From positions 186,001 through 250,000 of the forward strand of contig NW_021831731.1 in the NCBI RefSeq assembly GCF_006345805.1: a DNA stretch of 64,000 nt, written 5' to 3'. Position 1 is the stretch's first letter, and every line of letters begins with the position of its first letter. The notes beneath the pieces are model-generated. The model saw only the letters and a list, made by a program, of their open reading frames with translations. It was not told the origin of the DNA and ran no database searches. Positions 38,309 through 52,455 of the stretch are shown one piece after another. The stretch comes from Octopus sinensis (Eukaryota). A program made the translations under genes and the position numbers.

Positions 38309-39994
38309 GGAAGGTATTAATCACAGGTGATGGAAACACACATGTACAAGACAGAATAAATCCCCAGCTGTCTATCTAGGGCTCGTTGCCGCCTCGAAGC
38401 TTTAAGACACGTCTCCTTCCCTTATGATGTCAATAACTATTAGCAAAGCATTGATGTAGTGGAAATAATACACAAGATTCTCCGAAACATATATAGTGAA
38501 ATCTTAGCGATTGAGGCAGAGATGACAAATAAAAACTATTTTTTGATGATCAAAATAAAACATGACATAAGCAACGCTGGAAAGCGAAGTGATTGCCAAA
38601 TTAGATATTAGAACAGTAGTCTGTGAGAAATAGTAGATGCAGAAACTGACGTGTCCTCGGAGAGAGAAGTAAAGCTAGACGTAAAGAAGGTAAGATTTAG
38701 AAAAAAAATGGAAGTGAAGGAAAGATAGTAAAGGAGAGAATAATGAATACAGAATAAAGGGAAATAACAGCATTATACACAAAAATACAATATGCAAGAA
38801 GACAGGGTAGTGTATATTTGTATAATAAACTGGAGAAATTAGATGAAATAAATGGAAACATATAACATGTGGAATTAGCGAAAAATTACTCTCCTTGCTA
38901 TCTATCTAGAGATGGCGATAGTTTCGATACCTTAGAACGGGACCACTAACATTTTGCGGAGTCAACAGTCATAAGATATTGTTGCTAGGATCGACAGAGT
39001 GGAAATGAAACACAAAAGACACGCGTGGCGAGATCTCAGTACATGAAATCTCTCGATAAGCAATCGGCTTTCCAGGACAAGGATGCAGTTTTAAATTCCT
39101 CGTTAAAAACCGTTCAGTTTACCGAGGCCGGTAATATCATTGGGAAGTCAGATATTAAATACCGTTTATTCTTATCTCTTACAAACTTATGTATCCTTTG
39201 TGTTAAGGTAAAGAAATGATTATGAAAATTACTTTATTTTTCTATTTTTTCTGTTTCCCTTCATTCGTTCATTCGTTATGAATATCATTACACCTCATTA
39301 CTCGATGGAGCTTGGGCTTCTGGAAATAGCAGGCCGCTAGAGTTGCAGAAAATGGCAGGTGATTCTGCCTGAAATAACACACCACTGTCGTATAAGAAAG
39401 ACACACTTGCTTCTGTAGTCCGGACTGCACTAGGTAAAAAAAAAACGGCAAAATGGTTTGGTGTGAGTTGGATCAGAAATGGGCTTTTGCTTAAACGACA
39501 ATAACTATAGCGCATGCATTCACAAACACTTAAAAATTACTTGACAGTAATCTTTCTGAAAAAAAACAAAACAAAACAAAAAACATTGCAAAAACGCTTA
39601 ACAGGAAAAAGATACGTGTCTGCATCTCAATAAATAGAATTGGCTGATTAGGCTGAAGAAAAAAAAAATCCGAAAACTGCATTAAGAGAAGCAATCAACC
39701 GTTTAATTGCAGTGTTACTTCTGAGTTGGAAATATTGTCATAAAGCAAATATTGTGAATCCCACTGGATATCGATCTCACACATTTGTAGTTTAATCTAT
39801 TTATCTATATATTTGAGCTAGCTTATGTACTGTACATCATTAGTATATAGTATTTCATAAGCTTATATAATCTATATACTGCTCTACATAGATGGAGGAT
39901 ATTGATTTCTCTTATTGTCACAAAGCCAATTTCCCACCATTAGACCAACGTGTCATACCTAAGTAAAAAATCATTTATATGTATCTCTCGCAAA

Positions 39995-40590
<596 letters not shown>

Positions 40591-41412
40591 TGCGTACAGT
40601 TATTAGCATCCTTCGGTTGATAATGACAGTTATGGAAAGTAGACATCGTATATGAGAAGATAGGGGATGTGTAAGGAGTAAGTTAGCGAGATGTTTCATT
40701 TCAACTACTTTCCACCGTGTTTGCTTAACAAATTGAGAAAACATGTTGCTTGGTGCCTGTGGTAGCACAAATACCAGGTTAGTTAAACAATATATAATGT
40801 AACAATTAACTAAGTTGCCAATAAGTCGCCTGACGTACAGCAACGTCATAATTGCAGCATATTTCTTAGAAGAATCGAAGTGTACGTGCACATACTCAAA
40901 TCCATAAACATACAAAAAAACATCATAAGCACACATGTATACACACTCTTATACACAAATACACGATTGCAAATACAAACGTACACTCACAAATATATAG
41001 ATACACTGATACATAACATCACATTCATACATGTTTTCACGCAAAAACGTTTCGTGAACAACTCTTTATACAGTACAGGGGAAATAGCCGGCAAGATATG
41101 GTAACATTTCCCAACCTTTTTACTCTTGGTGATCCCTTAGACCAAATCTCATATCTCAGAAAATCCCTACATAACATTATATATTTTTATTAACTTTTTT
41201 TTCTTACATAAACTTAATTTTTATAAAGCAAACAATATAATTTACTAATAGCTAGTTTATGTAGAAAATTGTTTTTTTTTTCAAGTTTATTGACAGCGCA
41301 AAAAGGAAAACAAGAGAAGTCAGAATGCTTATTCAAGGGACCCTATACAGAGGTTTTCATTTGCAGAAGAGAAAAAGAATTAAATTTCTCTATATTCACA
41401 AACATAAATATA

Positions 41413-41633
41413 TATTTGTTTACTGCCCACATAGAGGGGACAAATAAGGACAGACAGAGGGATTAAGTCGATTACATCGACCCCAGTGCGTAGCTGATAC
41501 TTTATTTATCGACCCCGAAAGGATGAAAGGCAAAGTCGACCTCGGCGGAATTTGAACTCAGAACGTAACGACAGACGAAATACCGATAAGCATTTTGCCC
41601 GGCGCGCTAACGTTTCTACCAGCTCGCCGCCCT
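41413..41633 (-). mobile_element. tRNA-derived SINE with a Nin-like domain, ~20-bp TSD
   Basis: Head GGCGAGCTGGTAGAAACGTTAG..GAGTTCAAATTCC and body GCCTTTCATCCTTTCGGGGTCGATAAA. TSD tattc..aaacataaatata at 41393-41412 and 41634-41653. Confidence 0.9.
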
Positions 41634-43063
41634 TATTCCTAAACATAAATATAAATAACCAACATCCTATATAACTCAGAAACAACTAAAATAGATAATA
41701 ATTACTATAATAACTTAATGATATAATTGACAATGTTGTAAAGGCTTAATAAAAACTTAAGCCATATGACAAGGCATTGCTATTTTTTAATCCTGCTTAG
41801 ATAATGAAATTTACTTCTGTAAGGACAAATCTGAACTTGTATTTTGCTAATGAAATATTTAATTCAGAGTCCGTCCAACTTTAGATAAACATGCTCGGAT
41901 TTCATCATCAGTTCAAAAGAGATGATCTCTTGATACGTGTTGAATAAATTCTTGCTCAAACATGTGAAAAGTTGAAAATTTTCAGCAATACATTAATTGT
42001 ATTCCTATGAATGGCAGGATACTCTTCTTTCTCATAAAACGAAACTTATTCAGGAATAGGCCAATAAATCTAATCTAGCATGTACAATCAGACAACATCA
42101 CACAAAATTCTCTCTTAAAGATTCTCAACAAGAGCAGACGATTCAGAGTATAGATCTCTCACCTAGTCATACAATTATGAAGAAAGGAAGGGAGGAAATA
42201 ATGTTTAATTTTTATGAAAGGTTCTTCCGGACGTTTCAGTCTGACTTGAAATTTCTGACTTCCTTCTTTATCCTTAAACCCCAGTAGTAGTTAAAATATT
42301 TCAATGTTTTTTTGTGCAATATAATTTTTCCCGAAGTTTTAGTCTTCTTCTAAATCCAAGAATCTTGTCACTAGAAGTTAAAACATTTTTCTGTGGGGAA
42401 TCTGCAGTTAATTCAGTAGTTGTAAAATGTAGTTATAAAATAGGCTAGCTTCTAGAGTAATTTTTTGTCTTGAAATCACTTAGCAAAATTTAGCTTAATG
42501 TTTATTTGAAAGTATTCCTGTAATTTTCAATTCCAGAGCCTTCGTTAGAACAAGCAATCTACTCAGTCGCTGGAGTTTTGTATGATGCAGGAAATTTATG
42601 TGGTTTTTGTTCAGGTTTTTCTACCTACAGCTTTTAAAACATTCTGGTGTTAACTGGTCTTATGTACTAAAGTTGACAATTTTTGTAGCGTCATCATAAA
42701 CGTTTTCCAATTCTCAAGCTTTGTGTGATTTGTCACATGACTTGTTATTAATACGTCGACTTGTATTGCTGTATTGTTTTTATTGTTTCAGCGCGGGATA
42801 TTTTCAATTTCTGGTATAACGTCTTGAACCAGCATTTCACCCACCATAATTTTACACAACAGCGTTATTAGGCTCTCGCTAGTTGTGTGACTTATTTTCA
42901 CTGACACTTTAAAAAACCGCAACCTCTTCATATTGAGATGTTAGTAGTTTTTTAAAAAAATAATCAGTATTTTATTTTTCATTGGACTGATTTGTCATTG
43001 AATGCTTTTTCAATCATATTTATCAAAAGTTACGGAGTGGGAGCGCTAAGCAATGATAACTAA

Positions 43064-43303
43064 AATTGTAATGTTATTATCAGTCCGAATATGCTTGAAG
43101 CACGTTCGAACTGGGGGGAGATAACTACTCCGAAATGTTAGATTCTCACAATATAGGTAGATGACGCTGCGAGCTGATCTAGATGTATACACACTATTTG
43201 TCAACAAGCGAGATATAGTCTCTATGACAAAGCGCAGTGAGTAGCTTGTTCCCCAGTTCGAACGTGCATCAAACATATTCGGACTGATAATAACATTGCA
43301 ATT
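43064..43303. mobile_element. Inverted-repeat element (MITE-like), 53-bp arms and ~134-bp spacer
   Basis: 43064-43116 against the reverse complement of 43251-43303 shows 3 mismatches. Confidence 0.75.
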
Positions 43304-44023
43304 ATCAAAAGTAATTTTTCCACAGATGAGGTTCGTGACTTGTGTCGCAATCGGAGTGGGTGTTGTGTACATGATCCACTGTATGTGATGATTTCCGAAA
43401 AAGCTACACATGAACATATGTAACCTTGCAAAAATACTGAGTAAAATCCATCACTTACGTTTACCTTTATTTTCTTGCAATTCCTATTAGTATTTTCGTA
43501 TACTTTCATGGTGTACAATATTCATTGACCTGTAAATATCTTTCATATATAATAGTTTATGTAAAAAAAGCAATTTAGATGTTTAGGAAATATCGCTTTT
43601 ATGACGTCTACTGCCCAGCAGACACGATGAAGGTAAATGAATAAGATATGATAAATAAAATATGATTAATCAAATTATAAAAATATCTTTTAAAAATTTG
43701 CCATTTCCTCAGGTAGGGTCTTCGTACTAACTACGATATGCCAGGATTTACGTCTTTGAGAATATGCGATGCATGTATAAAAGCGTTACGAATTTTATTA
43801 TATACTCCTATGCAAATGAATCAAATACATTTGCATACCCATAACCTATTTCTTCCAATTTCTTGTGGAACGCTTAACAATCTTTCTTGGAAATTCGGCC
43901 GGGGAAAGTTTAGATATGGAGCACAACTATCAACTCGTAATATTTCATTTTGAAAATACGTTTTCAACATTTCATTGTATTTCATGGTTGAAAACACTAT
44001 TTTAACGCATCTCGAGTTACCTA

Positions 44024-44406
44024 TTTCTTTACTACCCCTAACACAGAGGGGACAAAAAAACGGATTAAGTCGGTTATATCGACCCCAGTGCGTAACTGGC
44101 AATTATTTAATCGGCCCCGAAAGGATGAAAGGCAAAGTCGACATCGGCGGAATTTGAACTCAGAACGTAGAGACAGACGAAATACCTATTTCTCTACTAC
44201 CCACAAGGGGCTAAACACAGAGAGGACAAACGGATTAAGTCGATTATATCGACTCCAGTGCGTAACTGGTACTTATTTAATCCACCCCCAAAGGATGAAA
44301 AGCAAAGTCAACCTCGGCGGAATTTGAACTCAGAACGTAACGGCAGACGAAATACGGCAACGCATTTTGCCCGGCGTGCTAACATTTCTGCCAGCTCGCC
44401 ACCTTA
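44024..44406 (-). mobile_element. Tandem-dimeric Nin-like SINE with 15-bp TSD
   Basis: One full monomer plus a headless second monomer. TSD ATCTCGAGTTACCTA at 44009-44023 and 44407-44421. Confidence 0.92.
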
Positions 44407-46315
44407 ATCTCGAGTTACCTAGCTATCGGTAATAAGTAACTAATCACCTGAGATATGTGCTTGAGACCATTGTTATAGTAAGAAGGAAGAGGACTTATTC
44501 CTCATACATTCCATACTATTAATTACACATTGCAAATTTTCATATGCTGTATAGACATCTGAAGGCTATTTAAAAATATTAAATCACTCATTCACATCTT
44601 GTGTTCGAATAAATGAAATATTAGGTTGTTGGCAGAAGAATTGATTATTTATATGAGTCCTACTACATGTCACTCGACACTGTAGGAAGGTACAGTTCAC
44701 TGATGTAACTTAAGGGATCCTAAAAACACAGTTGCGTTTTGTTACCTTGTGATATTGAGTTTAAATTTTGTTTTGTAAATTATGCTTACGAGGTAGCTCT
44801 ATTTCAACTGTATAATCTTAAGGCAGAAAGGGAACCATATATTGATTTATATCTCTAAACCACCCATTAACCATCATCTAACGTTATGTATTGTTTGCGT
44901 CATCAACTGTTCATACAACACCATGAATCAACTCCAATTAAGATAAACCATCACATTTGAAAATCTTTTCATTTGTTCACAGTTATAGCTTCTTTCTATC
45001 ATAAAATTATGTTTATGAAAAAAAAAAAGGCAAAATATAGCGTAATTGGAAATTTGAATTTTACAGCGAAATTAAAATAATGAGAATTTAACCGGTATGG
45101 AATATTACTTGGTACGTTTAAGGCTTCTCATTTCAAGTATACATACATGCATGCATACACACATACTTACACACATGCACACATACGTGCACACACACGC
45201 ACGCACATACACACATGTATGTAAATATATATGAATACACACACGCGAACATATAATATATATGGTATCTGTATACAACTGTTCTATATAAAAGTGATAC
45301 CTGTAAACGACATGTAGAACTAAGTAAATAGTTTTCAGCTTTTATATATAAATAGCAAGGAGATTGTATAGTAGTTAGTTCTCTGCGACTACAGAGAAAG
45401 GTCAGACCTCGGTTTCTTGTTGACAGGATTTCTTTAGCGTTGATATTATCTATGAGAAAATTATGATCATCAAGAATTTCGTTTAAACATATTATTTGTA
45501 TGTAAAAGCCAAGGAATAGTCTTGCGTGATATGAACGGTCAATGCTTACACCAAAAGTTCAACATTCCATTTATTCAACTACCTACAATTCACAAGATAT
45601 GAATAAGAGAATTTGTGTATCTTCTCTGAAAGATATCTCGTAAAAGCTTAGTTCTAAATATGAGCTGTGTTTAGATGAAGGTGCCGAAGAAATAATAAGA
45701 AGCTGTAGAAATTCTTACTGATTAAGTAGAAATTTCTAAACTATCTACTATTACATCAATAATCTGCTTTACAGATTATATTTACAGTCTTATATGCATA
45801 TATTTTCCAACATCTTATATGCATATATTTTCCAACATCCATGTAGCCAACTAAAACTACACACCTACCACGCACTTCTCTACTTAATTTATGCTTCCTG
45901 AATTTCTATCAAACTGCCGAGTTGCATACTTTGTTGCCTTCTTAACTTTCTGCCTTACTACCTTGCTCCGTATGACCTAACGAAGAGCGTCTACGCGATC
46001 GTTGGATCTGCAAATAATTACAGCCCCATATTCCTTAAATGTAACCTCCAAAGTCTTCAGAATTGGTAAACATTTAAAATAAACTTATATTGGATATAAT
46101 ATACCCGGAGAGAAGAGAAAATCGTCAGGATAAGAGTATCTGATGAAGAGTGAAATTTGGGTTCACAAAATGATTCTATCTCAGTATGTGTGGGTATCTT
46201 AGAAAGATAAAAGCAACACCTTAATATGTTACAAGTCCTAATGTACGTTCTTAAGCAGGATTTTTCCATATTCTTGAAAATCCTGACACAAAACCACCAA
46301 AAAGCATCTACATAT

Positions 46316-46734
46316 AGGCGCAGGAGTGGCTGTGTGGTAAGTAGCTTGCTAACCAACCACATGGTTCCGGGTTCAGTCCCACTGCGTGGCATCTTGGGCA
46401 AAGTGTCTTCTGCTATAGCCCCGGGCCGACCAATGCCTTGTGAGTGGATTTGGTAGACGGAAACTGAAAGAAGCCTGTCGTATATATGTATATATATATA
46501 TATTATATATATATATATGTATGTGTGTGTTTGTTTGTCTGTGTTTGTCCCCCTAGCATTGCTTGACAACCGATGCTGGTGTGTTTACGTCTCCGTAACT
46601 TAGCGGTTCGGCAAAAGAGACCGATAGAATAAGTACTGGGCTTACAAAGAATAAGTCCCGGGGTCGATTTGCTCGACTAAAGGCGGTGCTCCAGCATGGC
46701 CGCAGTCAAATGACTGAAACAAGTAAAAGAGTAA
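46316..46734 (+). mobile_element. tRNA-derived SINE with an internal (TA)/(TG) spacer
   Basis: Well-preserved head, CATCTTGGGCAAAGTGTCTT core and tail CAGCATGGCCGCAGTCAAATGACTGAAACAAG. Confidence 0.92.
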
Positions 46735-46943
46735 TATAATTTACAAAATGCGCAAAGTTGCAGCATAAAAGGCAAGGACAGCAACGTCATCAAATCGAAA
46801 AGAAAAGGAAATGCTGTTGTCTCTTTTCTCAACATCACAGGTTCGTGCAAACAGAATTCCAAAACACATGCTCTAAGTTCTAAACACATAAACAAATGTA
46901 TTTAAGAAATGTGGCGGGGAAAAGAATCTAAAAATTGTGCAAC

Positions 46944-47106
46944 AGGCGCAGACGTGGCTGTGTGGTAAGAAGCTTGCTTCCCAACTACATGGTTCCAGCT
47001 TCAGCCACACTGTGTGGCACATTGCATAAGTGTCTTCTACTATAGCCTCGGGCCGAGCAAAGCCTTGTGAGTGGATTTGGTAGACGGAAACTAAAAGAAA
47101 TCTGAC

Positions 47107-47180
<74 letters not shown>

Positions 47181-47452
47181 CATACACACAATATATATAA
47201 TATATATATATGCATATATATAAATGTATATATCTATGAGTGTGAGTCTTTTGTGTCTGTGTTTGTCCCTCCCCCACCATCGCTTGACAACTGCTTTGAT
47301 GTGTTTACGTTCCCATAACTTAGCGTTTCGACAAAAGATATCGATAGAATAAGTATGAGGCTTAAAAAGAATAAGTCCTGGGGTCAATTCCTTCGACTGA
47401 AACCCTTTAAGGCAGGTCCGCAGTCAAATGGCTGAAATAAATAAAAGAGTAA
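46944..47452 (+). mobile_element. tRNA-derived SINE, same family as 46316, older copy
   Basis: Colinear with 46316-46734 and has a longer internal TA tract. Confidence 0.9.
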
Positions 47453-49004
47453 TAGAATAAGAATATTTGAACAAAAACTCTTAAAACTACCGACCAACAC
47501 AACCTTCATTCTAAAGTATATAACAAGGCTTAGACAGCCTTTTCCGACGGAGGTCTTATAGTTTACATATAACCTTGCAGTTAATATATAGATATCACAA
47601 ATGAAATACAAGGACTAATAAAGAATGATGAAACAGCAGAAACAAAAGCCAGAAATATGATACCATTGTTGGGGAAGATTTCAATGTTCTTAACATGACA
47701 TAGCATCGGCGGAATTGATCTATATCGTAAGTGACTCACACTGACACACACGTGTACATTACTGAGATAACTGCAGCACTTTCCCATACAACACCTATTT
47801 CTCTGTACGCCTAGTTACCTGAACAAACTGGAAACTATTGCCCAACCTTTTCCTGATCTTCGACCTATTTTCATCACAGTACAATCATACATCAACGTGG
47901 AAAGCAAAAGTAAAAAGAAAAAGGAACGGAAAATGTCTTCAAACTTCACAGGTGAACATGGAACATACAGGTTCCATCAAGAAACAGAACGAAGATTTAT
48001 CAGAATCCCCGCCATAGGCACTGTAATGCATACGATGAAGTAATTATAGATACGTAAAAAAAATAGTATCAACGTATTCTGCAAAGCTACATAAGAACAC
48101 AAGCCAATTCCAACCTCATGAAACTAGAGATAACCTCAAATACAATACACCAAATACAAACACTCAAAATGGAAATAAAACTCTACATCAAACAACTAAA
48201 ATGGAAGTAATAAACAGAACGATTCATAGAAAAAGAGAAATCTGGCAATCAGTTGTATCACTGAAATTACAAAACTCACAGCAAGTACTATTTATAATAA
48301 TTAGCATCATCAACAATAACGACAACAGCCAGTCACTCCACTCTCCGTGCCATACCATCAAACTCAAGTAATATACCTTCACTGCAACAGCAAGCTAACA
48401 CCCACGTTTCTTGGAAATCGACCAACAAAAAGCTATACGGAGACAAGAATGTTGAATGAAAAATACTAACCTGTCGCCTATTCCATGATTTCTCCCATTC
48501 CTTCTATCAAGCACTAAAAATGCAACAGAGAAATATAAAAAAGTCAAAAGCTTTAAGTCAAGGTGGAATCCCAAATTTTCTAAGACAACTTTAGGGTCTG
48601 ACAAAATCCTATTACTTACCAACATCTAAAACCAGTGGCACCAACATTGCCAAATCCCCTGACTGTGAATGATGGGCAAAATTATAATAAATCTAAAGCT
48701 CAACCAAACCCCATCTGGAGTAAAATTATACAGGTCTATTATGTTCTTAGGAACACCGTCAGATATTCTAGAAAGGCTAATTCCTGGCATCATGATCAAA
48801 TAAATTCCTCTCTCCAGGTGACAAGATGAATTCAGACTACTGTACACAACCAATAAACTACTCACAAACTATCATAAAGTATTCATAAAGACTTCACTAA
48901 AAACAAAATTTCAACACATACCTCTCTAAGTAAGCATCGACATTGACAATGCTATCGATTCCATTCTTCACTGAACACCATCTCAAGGAGCAAAACAAAA
49001 CACA

Positions 49005-49131
49005 TGTTTTGTATTGTATTATAACAACACTTCTAGAAACTGCGATTTCCTGAACAGAGTACCACTTAAGTGTTTTGTAGTGTATTATAACAACACTTCT
49101 AGAAACTGTGATTTCCTGAACAGAGTACCAC
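49005..49131. repeat. 66-bp-period tandem duplication inside the LINE
   Basis: Units start at 49005 and 49071 and differ at 2 positions. Confidence 0.92.
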
Positions 49132-49538
49132 GGGGATGTTGTTCTCAGCTCTTTGTATAATCGTTATCTATACAATCTACATACATCTTCGCAAAATGTG
49201 TTGTCAGCCCCATACAGATACCCCAACATAACAACTCGAATAATTTTGGAATCAAGGAGAAACCTGGCTCTGCCTCAACAGACTCAAAGTAGTTTCTAAC
49301 AAATAATCGGTTTCCCTTCTAAACATTAATATCAGAGAACCTCGAATATAATCACCTATCACATTCCATACGAGCAATGTGCTCGTTCATGAAATTCACA
49401 ACATAACACAGGAGACGGTGTAGAAAAGACTACACGTGGGCACACTCGGAACATTTACAGGTACCACATTTGGTCAACAAATAAGAAATAACAATGAAAT
49501 TGTACAAACAATAGATTAGATCCAGCATGGACTATTTA

Positions 49539-50458
49539 CTAGGGGGTACCAAAAAGAAACTGGAATTTTGCAATGTTATTTTATTCACTTAATTTTACAT
49601 GTTTACACTTTTATTGCCCTCAGAGCATTCTCCATTTGAAGCAATGCATCGGTCCAGATGCATTTCCCATTGTTCGAAGTAGTGCTGGACCTCTTGCGAA
49701 GTGATGCCTTTTAACGCCTCCGTTGTTTTTTCTTCACCTCTTCCATATCTGCAAATTCCGTAGTACCAGCTTTCACCACCAGTGATGATCTTCGAAAAAA
49801 GGTCCGAATCAACTTCCAACTGTTCTTTCAGTTCACGACACATCCGTGACTGCTTTTGATCTTTCATGAGCAAGCGAGAGACACATTTTGTTGCAACTCT
49901 TTTCATTCGCAATTCCTCGCTCAAAATTCGTTGGCAGGAGCTCCAGAACACACCAGTCATATTAACAAGTTCGTCATATTAACAAGTTCGGTGACGGTCC
50001 TCCAAGTTCAGTTCATGAATTTTCATGATGTTTTCATTAGTTCCGGAGGTCGACCGTCGCCCTGAACGGGGTTAGTCCTCAAGTGACAAGTGACCATTCC
50101 TAAAGCGTGAAAAACCACTCGTAAATTTGTGTTTTGCTCATGGCAACGACTTTAGAAGCTGTTTGGAGCATGACAATTGTTTTGGCCGCCGTTTTCCCCA
50201 GAAGAAAACAGAATTTCACGGAAGCACGCTGTTTCTTCGTTTCAGCTATCACAAAAACCATCGACGAACAGGGAAGAAGCTTTACAAAACAACGACGCAC
50301 CACGTTGCAGTACGACTTCACGACTTCACCCGATAACACTGGCGGGCAGACTGATTCCCGAGAGTTGCATCTAGTGGCTTCTAGCGGTGGAATCCCGAAC
50401 TACCACGGGCTTGACCCACTGAGAACGTTTCCGCTTACTTTTGGATACTCCTCCATCG
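49539..50458 (-). mobile_element. Internally deleted mariner transposon
   Basis: TA flanks at 49537-38 and 50459-60 with degenerate TIRs. Peptides KQRASVKFCFLLGKTAA, RVATKCVSRLL, IITGGESWYYG and FEQWEMHLDRCIASNGE. The central catalytic region is missing. Confidence 0.9.
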
Positions 50459-51034
50459 TATTCTTGTCGAGGTTTTCGATTCCTCTCACTACGACTAATA
50501 CAATAAACTACAAAAGCAGAAAACAATGTTTTTCATATCATAACAGTTGTATACCGAACGCACCCACATACCTGAACATGTGAGCATAAAGTTTGTTTCC
50601 ACAGGATCTTTCAACCCCAACAGTCCTACTCTATAGAAAGATAAAGAAAACAAAACATATCTAAATATGCTGGAACATACATACAATTCTAAACATTATT
50701 GCAACAGCATTCTTCAAACAATACCACTTCTACTAAGCCCAGGAAAGTATAAAGAACATTTATGCACGTTTTCACTGGACACTAATTTCGTGCTGGGTTG
50801 CCGTCTCTAACAAGTGTGGAGAGCAGTAATTGTTGTGCTCTGACCAAGCTGTCCAGTCTACAAGAATAGACTGGGCAGCGAAGATAGCACAATTTGTCCA
50901 AACTGCCAAGTCGCACTCCATAAAACTCATCATTGCATGTCGGTGTAGCATTTTAGTGTAGTCATCGACAAGATCGACACAAAAAAATTGGAGAGAAGGA
51001 CGTGTAGGTCGAGCGCAGATTACAATTGTTCTCT

Positions 51035-51410
51035 GGAGGCGCAATGGCCCAGTGGTTAGGGTAGCGGACTCGCGGTCGTAGGATCGCGGTTTCGATTCCC
51101 AGACCGGGCGTTGTGAGTGTTTATTGAGCGAAAACACCTAAAGCTCCACGAGGCTCCGGCAGGGATGGTGGTGATCCCTGCTGTACTCTTTCACCACAAC
51201 TTTCTCTCACTCTTACTTCCTGTTTCTGTTGTACCTGTATTTCAAGGGACCGGCCTTGTCACTCTCTGTGTCACGCTGAATATCCCCGAGAACTGCGTTA
51301 AGGGTACACGTGTCTGTGGAGTGCTGAGCCACTTACACGTTAATTTCACGAGCAGGCTGTTCCGTTGATCGGATCAACCGGAACCCTCGTCGTCGTAACC
51401 GACGGAGTGC
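51035..51410 (+). mobile_element. tRNA-derived SINE, head type A joined to the tail of the 14.7/36.3 kb family
   Basis: Head matches 7610-7800. Tail TGTATTTCAAGGG..GTCGTCGTAACCGACGGAGT matches the reverse complement of 14719-14900. Confidence 0.92.
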
Positions 51411-51654
51411 TTCCTTACATTTGTTCTCTAGGACTGTATGATCAGGGCTGATGTGGAGCAACACCACAAGATATTTGTTTCTCCCCTGTCTATTTAGTTA
51501 CTCAGTATTCTATTTAACAACAAGCTCTCTTACACCCACCGACCCATCCATTCATCCATCAATCCATCCATCCATCCATCCATCATGCTTTTTATCTGCT
51601 ACCATGTAGTTATCTATTTCTACCAATGTATGCATGCAAGTTATTTCAGCGTTT

Positions 51655-52455
<801 letters not shown>

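Larger units (their letters stand above)
47465..51020 (+). mobile_element. Decayed near-full I/Jockey-group LINE ORF2 (APE endonuclease, RT, C-terminal zinc knuckle), split by a mariner
   Basis: GGLIVYI, IVGEDFNV and SDLRPIFIT (APE). YRSIMFLG..ILERLI and SIDIDNAIDSI (RT). LYKQ*IRSSMDY at the insertion point. CPNCQVALHKTHH at about 50915-50950. Confidence 0.8.
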
